Positions 54,897-64,000 of a stretch of 64,000 nucleotides of DNA are shown here, one piece after another. The DNA lies in assembly GCA_018970605.1 (NCBI GenBank), contig JAGWWA010000003.1, positions 2,289 through 66,288 of the forward strand. The letters are read 5' to 3'. The position numbers and the translations under genes are program-made. This DNA comes from Planctomycetota bacterium (lineage in GTDB: Bacteria; Planctomycetota; Planctomycetia; Pirellulales; UBA1268). Under the pieces are notes generated by a model, which was not told the DNA's origin, did no database searches, and worked only from the letters and a program-made list of their open reading frames with translations. Position 1 is the first letter of the stretch. Each line of letters opens with the position of its first letter.

Positions 54897-57599
54897 TCAG
54901 CGGCGGAGAATCCGCTGCGGAAGCTCGGGCGGCCTGACCGCCGTCGGCGACGTCCTGCCCGAGGCGGGCGGCGTCACCGGGGCCAGGGCCACCGCCAGCC
55001 ACCCGTCGGCCGTCACCGCCTGCACCGCCTGCACGCCCGCGAACCGCGGATTGGCCACCAGCGTCTCGGGCACGAGTCGCACCGGACGCTCCTTGGGAAA
55101 CATCTTCCCGAAGATCGTCCGCAACCCGAACTCCATGCGTCCCTTCTGCCCCGGGCCGCTGAGCTGCACCGGTCCATCTCGTTCGAGCGTCACCTGCATT
55201 CCCGAGACCGTCGGGCGGTAGGCCACGTGGGCGACGATGTCGTACCAGTTGTTTCGCCGACCGCTCTCCAGCGCGTCGAGAGCCACGTGAACATGCACGA
55301 GTCCGTCGCGGCATTCCACGCGGATGGGATCGATCGCGGCGAACGTCACCTCGACTCCAGCGGGCAGGTCGTCTGGAACGGTCGGCGGAAGCCCCAGGTT
55401 GGTGCAGACGTGGCGGGTGAGTTGCTCGAGGCCCATCTTCTGCCCCGCGAGCCCGAGGCGACCGCAGGCGTTGTTCACCGTCGACTCGTGCACCTGGATG
55501 CTGAACAGCGCATCCTCCGGCGCCCGTGGTCGTGGGGTGTGGGCGGCGAGCTGCGTGGGGGCCGCGAGTCGCAGCCGCGCCGTGGCCGCGCCGGCCGTGG
55601 TCTCGAGGGCCACGGTGGTCGGTTCGAGGCCCAGCCGTTCCATCGGCGCCCAGAAACGTTCGCGGACGCGTTTTGCCGCCGCGGTGAGCTGCGGTTCCGT
55701 CTGCGCGTCGACCTCACGGCAGGCGCGATTCACGATCTTCGCGTTCACCTCGCGGGTCGCCTGGTCGAGGTTTTCATCGTGCTGATTGCGGGCGATGCTG
55801 CGGACGAGCGGGCCCATCAGGGGGACCGCATCGAAGCCGGTCTCGATGCCGGCGAGCCGTGACTGGTTCGAGGCGGTGCCGCGTGCCGCGTCGAAGCTGA
55901 GTCCTCGAGGTGAGACGTGGATCGGCTTGTAGACCGTGAAGCTCGATTGGCCTCGGGAGTGGATCGACACCGATCCCGCATCGGTGACGGTTCGCGATGC
56001 GACCTCGCCGCTGACGAGGAGATCGAGGCGGATCTCGCTGGGATGCGGTTCGAAGAGCACGGCGGTCGATTGCTCCACGGTCTTCGTGCCGTGGACTTGG
56101 CGACCGAGCACGTAGTCGTGGAGCGGGCTGGTGGTGACCGTCGCCGCGGGGAGGAGCTTTTCGACGAACTGCTCGTTGACGGAGATCCGCACGTTGGGCG
56201 ACAGATAGTGGTCGTGGACGGCGCGATCGACGCCTGCTGCGGTCGCCAGCCGCGTGGCCATGACGAGCCGCGTCGCCTCCCGCACGCCGCGGGCATCGGC
56301 CGGGTCCCGCGACGATTCGAAGCGTTCGATCGCCTCCAGCAGCATCGCCACCTCGGTGGTGGAACTGGCGGCAGCGATGCCCGAGCTGATGTCGGCGGCT
56401 GGCGCGGCCCGTGGTGCCGCGGCGATCTCGGCGCAGCATGCCGCGGCGGCCCGCCACACGGCCACCCGCCGGGCGACCGCGAGTGCGGCTCGGCGGGCCC
56501 GTGACGCGAGCCCGTGGTCGGACAGCGCGTCCGCGGCCCGCATTCCCTCCGCAACGCGGTCACCGAGCGTGATCAGGGCGGCCTCGCCGGCGGCGTCGCG
56601 CGGGCCGCCCGTGGCCAGCACGGCGGCGAGGCTGTCGAGCGTGGCGGCGGCCCATGCGGCCGTGGGGTCGGCGGTGCGGCTTGTGGCGAGGGAGTCGAGG
56701 TGTCCGCGCAGCGACGTAGGCTCCGGCCACCGGGAGCCGTCCGGGGCGGGAGCCGCCTCCACTCGGCGCTGGTCCTCGCCGTCGCTTCTCGCATCGTCTG
56801 GTTTCGGGGTGAACCGATCTCGAACGCGGTCCAGGAGCCGTCCGGTGGAAGGCGGCCCGGCTCCGGTGGTTGCACGGTCGGTGTCGCCGCGCCGCTCGAC
56901 GATCCGACCCAGGAGCCTGCCGCCGCGGACGGGTGTCGCGGCGCGTGGCTCGGACTCTCCGGACGGTGAGTCGGACCAGTTGCTGCCGTCGGGATCGGTC
57001 CAGGCTTCACCCGGCAGCGGCGCTGCCGGGCTGGTCGGCGAACCGGAGCGCGGATCCGGGGGCGGCTCGATCGGTGCCGCGACGGTCGGCGGACTCGTCT
57101 GCAGCCGCGAGACAAGTGCGCGAAGTTCGGACGATTCCTCCGGCACGGGCTGAGGAGGCTCGGCTTCGGAAACCGCGATCGTCGCCGCCGGGTCGGGAGT
57201 CGGCACGAGATCCGTGTCTGCCTCGGAGGCCGGCGTCGGTGCGGATGGCGGGGCATGCTCGCGAGCCCCGACGCCGTCGCCGGACGTCGGCAGAGCCTGC
57301 GCGACGATCGCCGCGGTGATGGGCACCGGCGCATCGGCCAGCGCGAGACGCTCCGGTGACGCCGCGGCGGGGTGCGGCTTGGCCGCGAGCAGCACCGCCG
57401 TGCGGGGCAGATCATCGACGACCACGACCGGTGGTCGCTCCGCCTCGACCGCGGCTGCGTCGATCTGGAACGACGATTCGGGAGGCGGCTCCCAGGCAGC
57501 GGGGCCGACGGTCAGGATCGCGAACGCCAGGCCGGCGAAGAACGCCGCCGCCACGATGAAGCCGGCGCGGCCGTCGGCGGTCCGCTGGGTCGTCGCCAT
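54897..57599 (-). CDS. membrane-anchored hypothetical protein: Pro-rich linker, helical middle, beta-rich C-terminus
   Basis: N-terminal TM FIVAAAFFAGLAFAILTV; long ORF downstream of holB; start uncertain. Confidence 0.72.
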   Translation of the reverse strand: MATTQRTADGRAGFIVAAAFFAGLAFAILTVGPAAWEPPPESSFQIDAAAVEAERPPVVVVDDLPRTAVLLAAKPHPAAASPERLALADAPVPITAAIVAQALPTSGDGVGAREHAPPSAPTPASEADTDLVPTPDPAATIAVSEAEPPQPVPEESSELRALVSRLQTSPPTVAAPIEPPPDPRSGSPTSPAAPLPGEAWTDPDGSNWSDSPSGESEPRAATPVRGGRLLGRIVERRGDTDRATTGAGPPSTGRLLDRVRDRFTPKPDDARSDGEDQRRVEAAPAPDGSRWPEPTSLRGHLDSLATSRTADPTAAWAAATLDSLAAVLATGGPRDAAGEAALITLGDRVAEGMRAADALSDHGLASRARRAALAVARRVAVWRAAAACCAEIAAAPRAAPAADISSGIAAASSTTEVAMLLEAIERFESSRDPADARGVREATRLVMATRLATAAGVDRAVHDHYLSPNVRISVNEQFVEKLLPAATVTTSPLHDYVLGRQVHGTKTVEQSTAVLFEPHPSEIRLDLLVSGEVASRTVTDAGSVSIHSRGQSSFTVYKPIHVSPRGLSFDAARGTASNQSRLAGIETGFDAVPLMGPLVRSIARNQHDENLDQATREVNAKIVNRACREVDAQTEPQLTAAAKRVRERFWAPMERLGLEPTTVALETTAGAATARLRLAAPTQLAAHTPRPRAPEDALFSIQVHESTVNNACGRLGLAGQKMGLEQLTRHVCTNLGLPPTVPDDLPAGVEVTFAAIDPIRVECRDGLVHVHVALDALESGRRNNWYDIVAHVAYRPTVSGMQVTLERDGPVQLSGPGQKGRMEFGLRTIFGKMFPKERPVRLVPETLVANPRFAGVQAVQAVTADGWLAVALAPVTPPASGRTSPTAVRPPELPQRILRR

Positions 57600-57797
57600 G
57601 GTCGCTGGAGTTCCGCCTCTCGAACGAGCGGGGCGTTCCGAATCGGTACGACCCTTGCGGATGGATCGACAGGCACCCGCGGAAAAATCGATTCGGGGCA
57701 CCGCGGCCGGCAGGGTCGATGCCGCTCACCTCGGGGATCTGGCAAGGTGGGCAGAGTGCGCGGCCGCGGGAAAGCCGGGCGTCGCTGCCGATCTCGC

Positions 57798-58853
57798 TCA
57801 GCGGAGCCGACCGAGCCGAGGTTCCTCGAGCACGGCGGACCAGGCATCGACGAGCATGCCGAGGTTGGCGTTGCGTTCGATCGCATCGGCGGCATCGAGC
57901 GTGCGATCGACGGCGGAGGCCGTGGCGTCGATGTCGACGGACCAGGTCTCAGCGGCCCTGTCGAGCGCGGGATCGCCGCCGGCGAAACCCACGCCGCGTC
58001 GCGATGCCTGCCGGAGCACGTCGAGCGCAGCATCGAGCACCAGGCGGAATCGGGCTCGTCGCGGAGGAGCCTCTTTTCCCGCGGCCTCCACGAAGGCGAG
58101 CGTCTCGCGAGAGAGATCGACGCCGTGCAGCGGCCGCGTCGCGAGCAGGTCGAAGAGGCGGCTGCGAAAGGCCGTCACCTCGGGATCGAGCAGGAGCCGC
58201 GCCCGGGTGAGGCTGCCGCCCGCCGCGTTGCAGCAGCGGTCGAGGGCGGCGGCATCGCCGGGCGTGCCGGCGACGGCGGCCTCGCGAACGAGCACGCGCC
58301 GCACGACGTCGGCGGCGAGGGGCGCGAAGCGGATCACCTGACAGCGGGAGCGGATCGTAGGCAGTTGCCGCTCGATCGCCGTGCCCACGAGGATGATCGC
58401 CGCTCCGTCCGGCGGTTCCTCAAGCGTCTTCAGAAGGCAGTTGGCAGCCTCTTCCGAGAAGTGGTCGGCATCCATGATCACCGCGACCTTGCGCGGGCCG
58501 AGCGCCGGCTTGAGAAGGATTCGCCAGCAGAGCCCCTCCCGCATCCGGTGCTCGTCGTCGCCGATCAGCAGTTCCAGCGGGATCGTCGAGCGGTCGTCGG
58601 GCTTGCGGACGACGTCGATGTCGGGATGGCTGCCGGCATCGGCCTGCACGCACGACGCACAGCCGCCGCAGGCGACGAGGCCATGCTGGGGGCGTTCGCA
58701 GGTGAGCGACTTGGCGAGCGCCAGTGCGAACGTGCCCTTGCCGACGCCGGGCGGCCCGACGAAGAGATACGAGCCCGAGACCCGCCCGCGGGCGTGTGCG
58801 GCGACGAACCGCTCGGCGATCTCATCGTGCCCCTCGATGCCCTGCCAGGCCAT
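57798..58853 (-). CDS. holB: DNA polymerase III delta-prime subunit
   Basis: YLFVGPPGVGK, CGGCASC, HPD, AANCLLKTLEEP, LPTIRSRC; downstream of tmk. Confidence 0.92.
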   Translation of the reverse strand: MAWQGIEGHDEIAERFVAAHARGRVSGSYLFVGPPGVGKGTFALALAKSLTCERPQHGLVACGGCASCVQADAGSHPDIDVVRKPDDRSTIPLELLIGDDEHRMREGLCWRILLKPALGPRKVAVIMDADHFSEEAANCLLKTLEEPPDGAAIILVGTAIERQLPTIRSRCQVIRFAPLAADVVRRVLVREAAVAGTPGDAAALDRCCNAAGGSLTRARLLLDPEVTAFRSRLFDLLATRPLHGVDLSRETLAFVEAAGKEAPPRRARFRLVLDAALDVLRQASRRGVGFAGGDPALDRAAETWSVDIDATASAVDRTLDAADAIERNANLGMLVDAWSAVLEEPRLGRLR

Positions 58854-58861
58854 GCGTCCTC

Positions 58862-59488
58862 CTACGCCAGTTCGGGGAATCGCGCGGTCACGGCGAGGCG
58901 GATCGCCGCTGCGACCTCGTCGATTCCTGCCGTGGCATCGATCGTGACGATGCTCTCCGGTTGCCGCGCCGCCTCGGCGCGATAGCCGGCCCGAAGCCGC
59001 GACCGGTATTCATCGCCGCGGTTCTCCAGCTTGTCGAGCGGCCGCGCGAGCCGCCGGGCGCTCGTATCGAGGTCCACATCGAGGAGGATCACGAGATCGG
59101 GCATCCGGCCGGCCGTTGCGACCCGGCCCACGTCGCGGATCGTCTCGGGGTCGAGGCCGCCGGCGTATCCCTGATAGACGATGTTGGAGAGGAGGTAGCG
59201 GTCGGAGACCACCCACTCGCCGCGGCCGACCGCCGGCTCGATCGTTTCGGACACCATCTGCGCCCGCGCCGCCATGTAGAGAAACATCTCCGCCGTCGCG
59301 ACGAGGTGCAGGTCGTGACGGTCGAGGAGGATCGCGCGAACCGCGTCGCCGACCGGCGTGGAGCCAGGATCGCGACAGGTGACCACGCGGCGGCCCGTGG
59401 ATCGCAGCCACTCCGCGAGCCGCCCGATCTGCGCCGATTTGCCGGCGCCGTCGATGCCTTCCAGCGAGATAAAGCGGCCGCGGGTCAC
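58862..59488 (-). CDS. tmk: thymidylate kinase
   Basis: FISLEGIDGAGKS, RDPG, SDRY, YQG, PDLVILLD. Confidence 0.95.
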   Translation of the reverse strand: MTRGRFISLEGIDGAGKSAQIGRLAEWLRSTGRRVVTCRDPGSTPVGDAVRAILLDRHDLHLVATAEMFLYMAARAQMVSETIEPAVGRGEWVVSDRYLLSNIVYQGYAGGLDPETIRDVGRVATAGRMPDLVILLDVDLDTSARRLARPLDKLENRGDEYRSRLRAGYRAEAARQPESIVTIDATAGIDEVAAAIRLAVTARFPELA

Positions 59489-59548
59489 ACGAGTCTCCAG
59501 GTCAGGGAATCCACCATGCGGCCGGGTTCATGGCCATGAGCATGAGCG

Positions 59549-60505
59549 CTAAAACCCCTGTGCGGCAAGCCAGCGGCGACATTCGTCGGTCCAGGGGTGA
59601 AGGGTCTTCGAAGGCTCGTAGGGGCGGACGCCGAGGCCGAGGCCATGGCCGCCCTGCTCGTAGACGTGAAGCTCGTAGGGCCGTGCGTGCGACTTGAGTT
59701 TCATGCAGAGTTCGAGGATCGGCTCGAGCTTCACCGACTTGTCCTCCCAGGTGTGCCAGACAAAGAGCGGCGGAACATTCTCGTGGGCGGCGAGTTCGCC
59801 AGAGAGCTGCCGAGCGATTTCGTCAGCGGGCGACTCGCCGAGGAGATTCTTCCGCGAGCCGCCGTGGGTCTTCTCCGGCAGCATGCTCACCACGGGGTAG
59901 CAGAGGATGCCAAGATCTGGCCGGGCCGACACGCGGTCGATCGGGTCGGCAGCCTGCTCGTCGCCCGCGGCGCCGTGGATGCACGACGTGAGGGCGAGGT
60001 GGCCACCGGCCGACGAGCCCATCACGCCGACCCTCGCAGGATCGACGCGAAACCGTTCATGGCCGTGTCGCACGAGGCGAATCGCCCGCGACACGTCGCC
60101 GAGCATCACCGGGTGGCGGTAGCCCTTGCTCCCGAGACGGTAGCGGAGCACGAAGGCCGAGATGCCCTGCGTGTTGAGCCACCGGGCGTAGTCGCTCCCC
60201 TCGTGGTCGGCGAGATGGCCGTAGCCGCCGCCGGGACAGATCACGAGCGCCGCCGAGGCCACGGCCTCCTTCGCTGCCGGCCACCAGGCGACGACGGGCA
60301 CGTCGTGGTCGGCGGTGCCAAGTGCTCCGGGTGGATCGCCCTCCCAGAGGCGGATCGTCTCGGCGGCGACAGCGATAGCCGCGCCGTCATCTGCCCGCGT
60401 GCCGCCCATGGCGGCCAGGATCACGAGACACGCGAGCGAGGCGTGGGAACGGAATCGTATGACCACGTTCAAGGCTCCGAGGATGGACGACACGATCGAC
60501 ATCAT
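59549..60505 (-). CDS. alpha/beta hydrolase (esterase-like)
   Basis: CPGGGY, GSSAGGHL, DKSV, GGHGLG; start uncertain. Confidence 0.85.
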   Translation of the reverse strand: MMSIVSSILGALNVVIRFRSHASLACLVILAAMGGTRADDGAAIAVAAETIRLWEGDPPGALGTADHDVPVVAWWPAAKEAVASAALVICPGGGYGHLADHEGSDYARWLNTQGISAFVLRYRLGSKGYRHPVMLGDVSRAIRLVRHGHERFRVDPARVGVMGSSAGGHLALTSCIHGAAGDEQAADPIDRVSARPDLGILCYPVVSMLPEKTHGGSRKNLLGESPADEIARQLSGELAAHENVPPLFVWHTWEDKSVKLEPILELCMKLKSHARPYELHVYEQGGHGLGLGVRPYEPSKTLHPWTDECRRWLAAQGF

Positions 60506-60540
60506 ACGATCGCCGTGCCGAGCCGGCTCACTGCCGGCGG

Positions 60541-61077
60541 CTACCGCTGCGCGATCCGCTGGATGCCGAGCGGGTCGGATGGATCGAGCGGGGCGATCCG
60601 CTGGCAGACCTCCTTGGCGGCCTGTTTCCGGCCGATCTCCATCAGGCTGTGGACGAGTCCCTTGGCCGCCTGGAAGAAGGGTTTGTTGCCATCGAGGTGA
60701 TACGGCAGCGGCTGCGTCGCGCCGGCGGCGTCGAGGGCACGGATCGCCAGTTCGTACGCGCGGCCGAAGTGACCGCGGGCGAGTTTGGCGTCGTCTTCCT
60801 CCAGCGCGATCAGGCCGAGTTGGACGTGGGCTTCGAGAAAGTCCGGGCACTCCGAGAGGAGCCAGACGAGTTCGTCGTGGGCGATCTCCGTCTCGCCGGC
60901 CTCCACCATCGCCTCGACCTCCTCGATGTCCTCCCGCCGCTTCCGGCTGCAGCGGGGGTGGACGAGTTCCCAGGCCGGACCCCCGGGCGTGTCGCGGCGG
61001 GCGACCGCGAGCTTTTCCCGGCCCAGCCCGCGCCGTCGGCGTGGACCCTGTCCGCCGTGTGATGACTGATTGCTCAT
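60541..61077 (-). CDS. conserved hypothetical TPR-like protein
   Basis: Helical TPR-like segments CPDFLEAHVQLG..LARGHFG, LDPSDPLG. Confidence 0.7.
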   Translation of the reverse strand: MSNQSSHGGQGPRRRRGLGREKLAVARRDTPGGPAWELVHPRCSRKRREDIEEVEAMVEAGETEIAHDELVWLLSECPDFLEAHVQLGLIALEEDDAKLARGHFGRAYELAIRALDAAGATQPLPYHLDGNKPFFQAAKGLVHSLMEIGRKQAAKEVCQRIAPLDPSDPLGIQRIAQR

Positions 61078-61148
61078 GCGGGTGCGAAAGCCGACCACCG
61101 GGCTCGATACACTGCCGTGGTTTGACCGCAGGAAAACGAGGATTGCAA

Positions 61149-62219
61149 GTGGCGAGAGTCCGGAAGGCGGCCGGAAAGACCGTGCGAGCGGCGACCGAGG
61201 CCCTGCCCCCGTTGCTTGCCGACGCCGCCGCCCTGCGGCGGCGGCTCCAGCGGTGGTACGCCCGCGCGAAACGCGACCTTCCCTGGCGGCGGACCCGCGA
61301 TGCCTATGCCGTGTGGGTCAGCGAGGTGATGCTGCAGCAGACGCAGGTTGAACGGGTGAGGGATTTCTTCGAGAGGTTCATGCGACGGTTTCCCACCGTC
61401 GGCGACCTGGCGGCGGCCCGCGAGGCCGAGGTGCTCAAGCACTGGGAGGGGCTCGGCTACTACCGCCGGGCCCGGCAGCTGCACGCGGCTGCGAAGGCCG
61501 TCGTCGCGGAGCATGGCGGGGAGTTTCCGCGGTCGCTCGAGGGGCTGCGGTCGCTGCCGGGTATCGGCCGCTACACCGCCGGCGCGATCGCCTCGATCGC
61601 GTTCGATCTGCCTGCCGCGATCGTCGAGGCCAACTCCCGGCGGGTGCTCGCCCGACTCGCCGGCCACGACCGGCCCGTGGGCGGCGCGGGCGACGAGCCG
61701 ATCTGGGAACTCGCGGCGGCGATCGTGCCGCGGCGTGGCGCGGGGATCTTCAACCAGGCGCTGATGGATCTTGGGGCGATGGTCTGCACGCCCACGCGGC
61801 CGCTCTGCGAACGCTGTCCGCTGAAGGGCGACTGTGCGGCCGTCGCGCAGGGCCGCGTGGCGGAGATTCCGGTGATGGCCGCGCCCAAGGCGACGAAGGA
61901 GATCCGCGAGACGGCGGTCGTGACGCGGTGCGGCAACCGCGTGCTCGTCGTCCGCCGCGGCCCCGGTGAGTGGTGGGAAGGGCTCTGGGATTTTCCCCGC
62001 GAGCCGCGGAGTGCCGCAGGACGGCGGGTCGGCTGCGTGTCCTACGGCGTCACGCACCATCGGATCGCGTGTACGGTGGTCGAGCGTCGTGTCGGGCGTG
62101 CCGGGGCGGTGCCCCGCGGCGGTCGATGGGTCAGCATTGGTGCGCTCGAGCAGCTTGCCATGACATCACCGGGGCGAAGGATCGCGAGACTGCTCGGGAG
62201 CGCCCGCCCAACACCCTGA
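61149..62219 (+). CDS. mutY: A/G-specific adenine glycosylase
   Basis: RDLPWR, VWVSEVMLQQTQV, WEGLGYY, LPGIGRYTAGAI, CX6CX2CX5C Fe-S motif; GTG start with GAGGA. Confidence 0.93.
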   Translation: MARVRKAAGKTVRAATEALPPLLADAAALRRRLQRWYARAKRDLPWRRTRDAYAVWVSEVMLQQTQVERVRDFFERFMRRFPTVGDLAAAREAEVLKHWEGLGYYRRARQLHAAAKAVVAEHGGEFPRSLEGLRSLPGIGRYTAGAIASIAFDLPAAIVEANSRRVLARLAGHDRPVGGAGDEPIWELAAAIVPRRGAGIFNQALMDLGAMVCTPTRPLCERCPLKGDCAAVAQGRVAEIPVMAAPKATKEIRETAVVTRCGNRVLVVRRGPGEWWEGLWDFPREPRSAAGRRVGCVSYGVTHHRIACTVVERRVGRAGAVPRGGRWVSIGALEQLAMTSPGRRIARLLGSARPTP

Positions 62220-62232
62220 GGCGTGGGGTGAG
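62206..62232 (+). repeat. degenerate type B REP overlapping the mutY stop
   Basis: GCCCAACACCCTGAGGCGTGGGGTGAG. Confidence 0.6.
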
Positions 62233-63006
62233 TCAGGGTGCATGACGAGCTGCCAGCCGTTCGCCCGCGGACCCCAACCGCGACGCGGCGGCGCGGTCCA
62301 CGTGCAGCCGGCAGTCGGCGTGTCGCTGGAGGATCGACGCCGGCACGGTCGGGCTGACCGGGCCCTCCACCGTGTCGCGGACCGCGACGGCCTTGCGCTC
62401 GTCCGGCACCGAGCAGATGATCGTGGTCGCCACCATGATCCTCCGGATCGACATCGATATTGCATGCGTGGGCACGTCCGACAGCGTCGGGAACCAGCCC
62501 TCGCCCACCTGCTGCCGCCGACAGGCCTCGTCGAGCGCCACGACCAGATAGGGATCCGTCGCGTCGAAGTCGGCGGGCGGGTCGTTGAAGGCAAGGTGGC
62601 CGTTCTCGCCGATCCCGCAGAGCACGAGATCGAAGGCGGCGGTCGGCACCAGGCCCGCGAGCCGCCGGCACTCCGCCTCGGGATCGCCGTCCGCCCCGAT
62701 CCAGTGAAACGCCGCCGGCTTCATCGGCAGGATGTCGAGGAACCGTTCGCGGAGGTAGCGGCGGAAGCTCGCGGGATGATCGGCACGAATCCCGCAGTAC
62801 TCGTCGAGGTGAAAGAGCGAGACGTTGTGCCAGGCGATTCCGGGAGCGGCTGCAAAGGCTTCGAGCACCTCGAGCTGCGACGTGCCGGTGGCGACCACCA
62901 GCGTGGCCTGGCCCCGGGCGGCGAGTGCGCGCCGCAGCGCGTCGGCCGCGTCCGCGGCGGCGGCGGCACCCATGGCCGGACGGTCGGCGTGAACCGCGAT
63001 CTTCAT
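62233..63006 (-). CDS. nagB: glucosamine-6-phosphate deaminase/isomerase family protein
   Basis: ATGTSQ, FHLDEY, HPASF, GIGENGHLAFNDP, PASILQ; 4-bp overlap with the nagA-like gene. Confidence 0.82.
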   Translation of the reverse strand: MKIAVHADRPAMGAAAAADAADALRRALAARGQATLVVATGTSQLEVLEAFAAAPGIAWHNVSLFHLDEYCGIRADHPASFRRYLRERFLDILPMKPAAFHWIGADGDPEAECRRLAGLVPTAAFDLVLCGIGENGHLAFNDPPADFDATDPYLVVALDEACRRQQVGEGWFPTLSDVPTHAISMSIRRIMVATTIICSVPDERKAVAVRDTVEGPVSPTVPASILQRHADCRLHVDRAAASRLGSAGERLAARHAP

Positions 63007-63977
63007 GCCGGTACGCGCTCCGTCGAGACGCCGACAGCCCGGCGCGGGTTCGTGGCGACGAGTCGGTCGATCGCCGGGTCGTCGAGACCGAGATGATGGC
63101 GGAGATTGTCGCGAACCTGATGCATCGAGATGGTGGAGCCGGCGAGGTTTCTGGCGCCGGGTCGCCGGGCGACCCCCTCGGCATCGACCTCCACCTCGCC
63201 CTCGCCGTAGGCATAGCGACCCGCGGGCAGTTTCGCCACCACGATCGCGTCGGTAACCATGATGGAGCGGTCGACGCCGGAGACGTCGAGGTAGTTGCGG
63301 AGCGCGAAGAACGGGATGTGGACGCCGTCGGGGATGTAGCAGATCCAGAGTTTGTCGTGGAGGAAGAGGGCCCGCTGGATGAAGTTGTCGTGTCGCGGCA
63401 GGTCGAGGGCACAGCCGTTGCCGAGGTGGGTGACCATCGAGAGCCCGGCGTCGATCGCCGCCCGGAGTTCGTCGAGCGACGGATCGCAGTGGCCGGCCGA
63501 CACGGTGACGCCGCTTCGCGCCAGATACGACGTGGTGGCGAGGCCCGAGTCGCATTCCGGAGCGAGCGTCACCAGCCGCAGCAGGCCGCCGCCGGCGGCG
63601 ACGAGCCGCTTGGCGTCGTCCACGTTGGCGGGAATGATCTTCGTGGGATCGTGGGCGCCGGGGCATCCCCGCACGCGGCTCAGAAACGGACCCTCCACGT
63701 GGAAGCCGGCGATCATCCGGGCGATCGTCGGATCGCGTTCGCGAAAGGAGACGAGTCGGGTGAGCTTGTCGCAGATGCGGTCGATCGAGTCGGTGATCAC
63801 CGTGGCCAGGATGCCTGCGGTGCCGTCGGCGGCGAGTTCGTCGCAGGCCCGGTGGCACTGCTCGAGCGACAGGTTCTGCGAGCAGAAGTCGGCCCCGAAA
63901 TAGCCGTTCACCTGGATGTCGAAACTGCCGGCCACGGGGATGCTCCGCAGGAAGAGTCGGGACCCGACATGGTACAA
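63003..63977 (-). CDS. nagA: N-acetylglucosamine-6-phosphate deacetylase-like amidohydrolase
   Basis: DIQVNG, FHVEGPF, TLAPE, AGH, THLGN, DGVH, VTDA, LAGS. Confidence 0.85.
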   Translation of the reverse strand: MYHVGSRLFLRSIPVAGSFDIQVNGYFGADFCSQNLSLEQCHRACDELAADGTAGILATVITDSIDRICDKLTRLVSFRERDPTIARMIAGFHVEGPFLSRVRGCPGAHDPTKIIPANVDDAKRLVAAGGGLLRLVTLAPECDSGLATTSYLARSGVTVSAGHCDPSLDELRAAIDAGLSMVTHLGNGCALDLPRHDNFIQRALFLHDKLWICYIPDGVHIPFFALRNYLDVSGVDRSIMVTDAIVVAKLPAGRYAYGEGEVEVDAEGVARRPGARNLAGSTISMHQVRDNLRHHLGLDDPAIDRLVATNPRRAVGVSTERVPA

Positions 63978-64000
63978 AACCGGGTTGCGGGGGAAGGAGC

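Noticed and set aside
59549-61148. Extended starts for the hydrolase (60850) and mutY (60315)
   Set aside because: Both overlap the 60541-61077 gene; conserved domains begin near 60505 and 61149.

Overview
GC-rich chromosomal segment, most likely from a planctomycete (Planctomycetia/Pirellulales-like). This assignment is inferred from gene content: an H4MPT-linked Ftr/FhcD, an HTH-extended sigma-70 factor, a DUF11/OmcB-like protein, HEAT-repeat plus Tat-Gfo/Idh/MocA genes, DUF1080 proteins and a short PheT. About 46 credible CDSs are present. Housekeeping genes: infC-rpmI, rplT-pheS-pheT, cysK, ribD, P-II, fumC, tmk-holB, mutY, nagA/nagB-like. The rest are carbohydrate-related genes and exported hypothetical proteins. 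I found no rRNA, tRNA, transposase, integrase or CRISPR array. The most distinctive non-coding signal is a set of intergenic repeats. It includes (i) a ~135-bp element with a long terminal stem and compensatory changes (3 full copies plus fragments), (ii) a REP-like family that keeps one hairpin shape across different sequences, including a 42-bp tandem array, and (iii) a GTAG-type REP doublet. These combine into BIME-like mosaics; REP copies also lie in the unusually long rpmI-rplT gap, and one supplies the mutY stop codon. Protein-level oddities: an AUC start for infC, a GH10 with His at the usual acid/base Glu, a sigma-54 activator with a pseudo-receiver, a multi-HTH sigma factor upstream of a beta-propeller/PDZ-less protease operon, and an ABC exporter fused to a Zn ribbon and a DUF1854-like domain. 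All family assignments come from motif recognition by eye; no database search was run.
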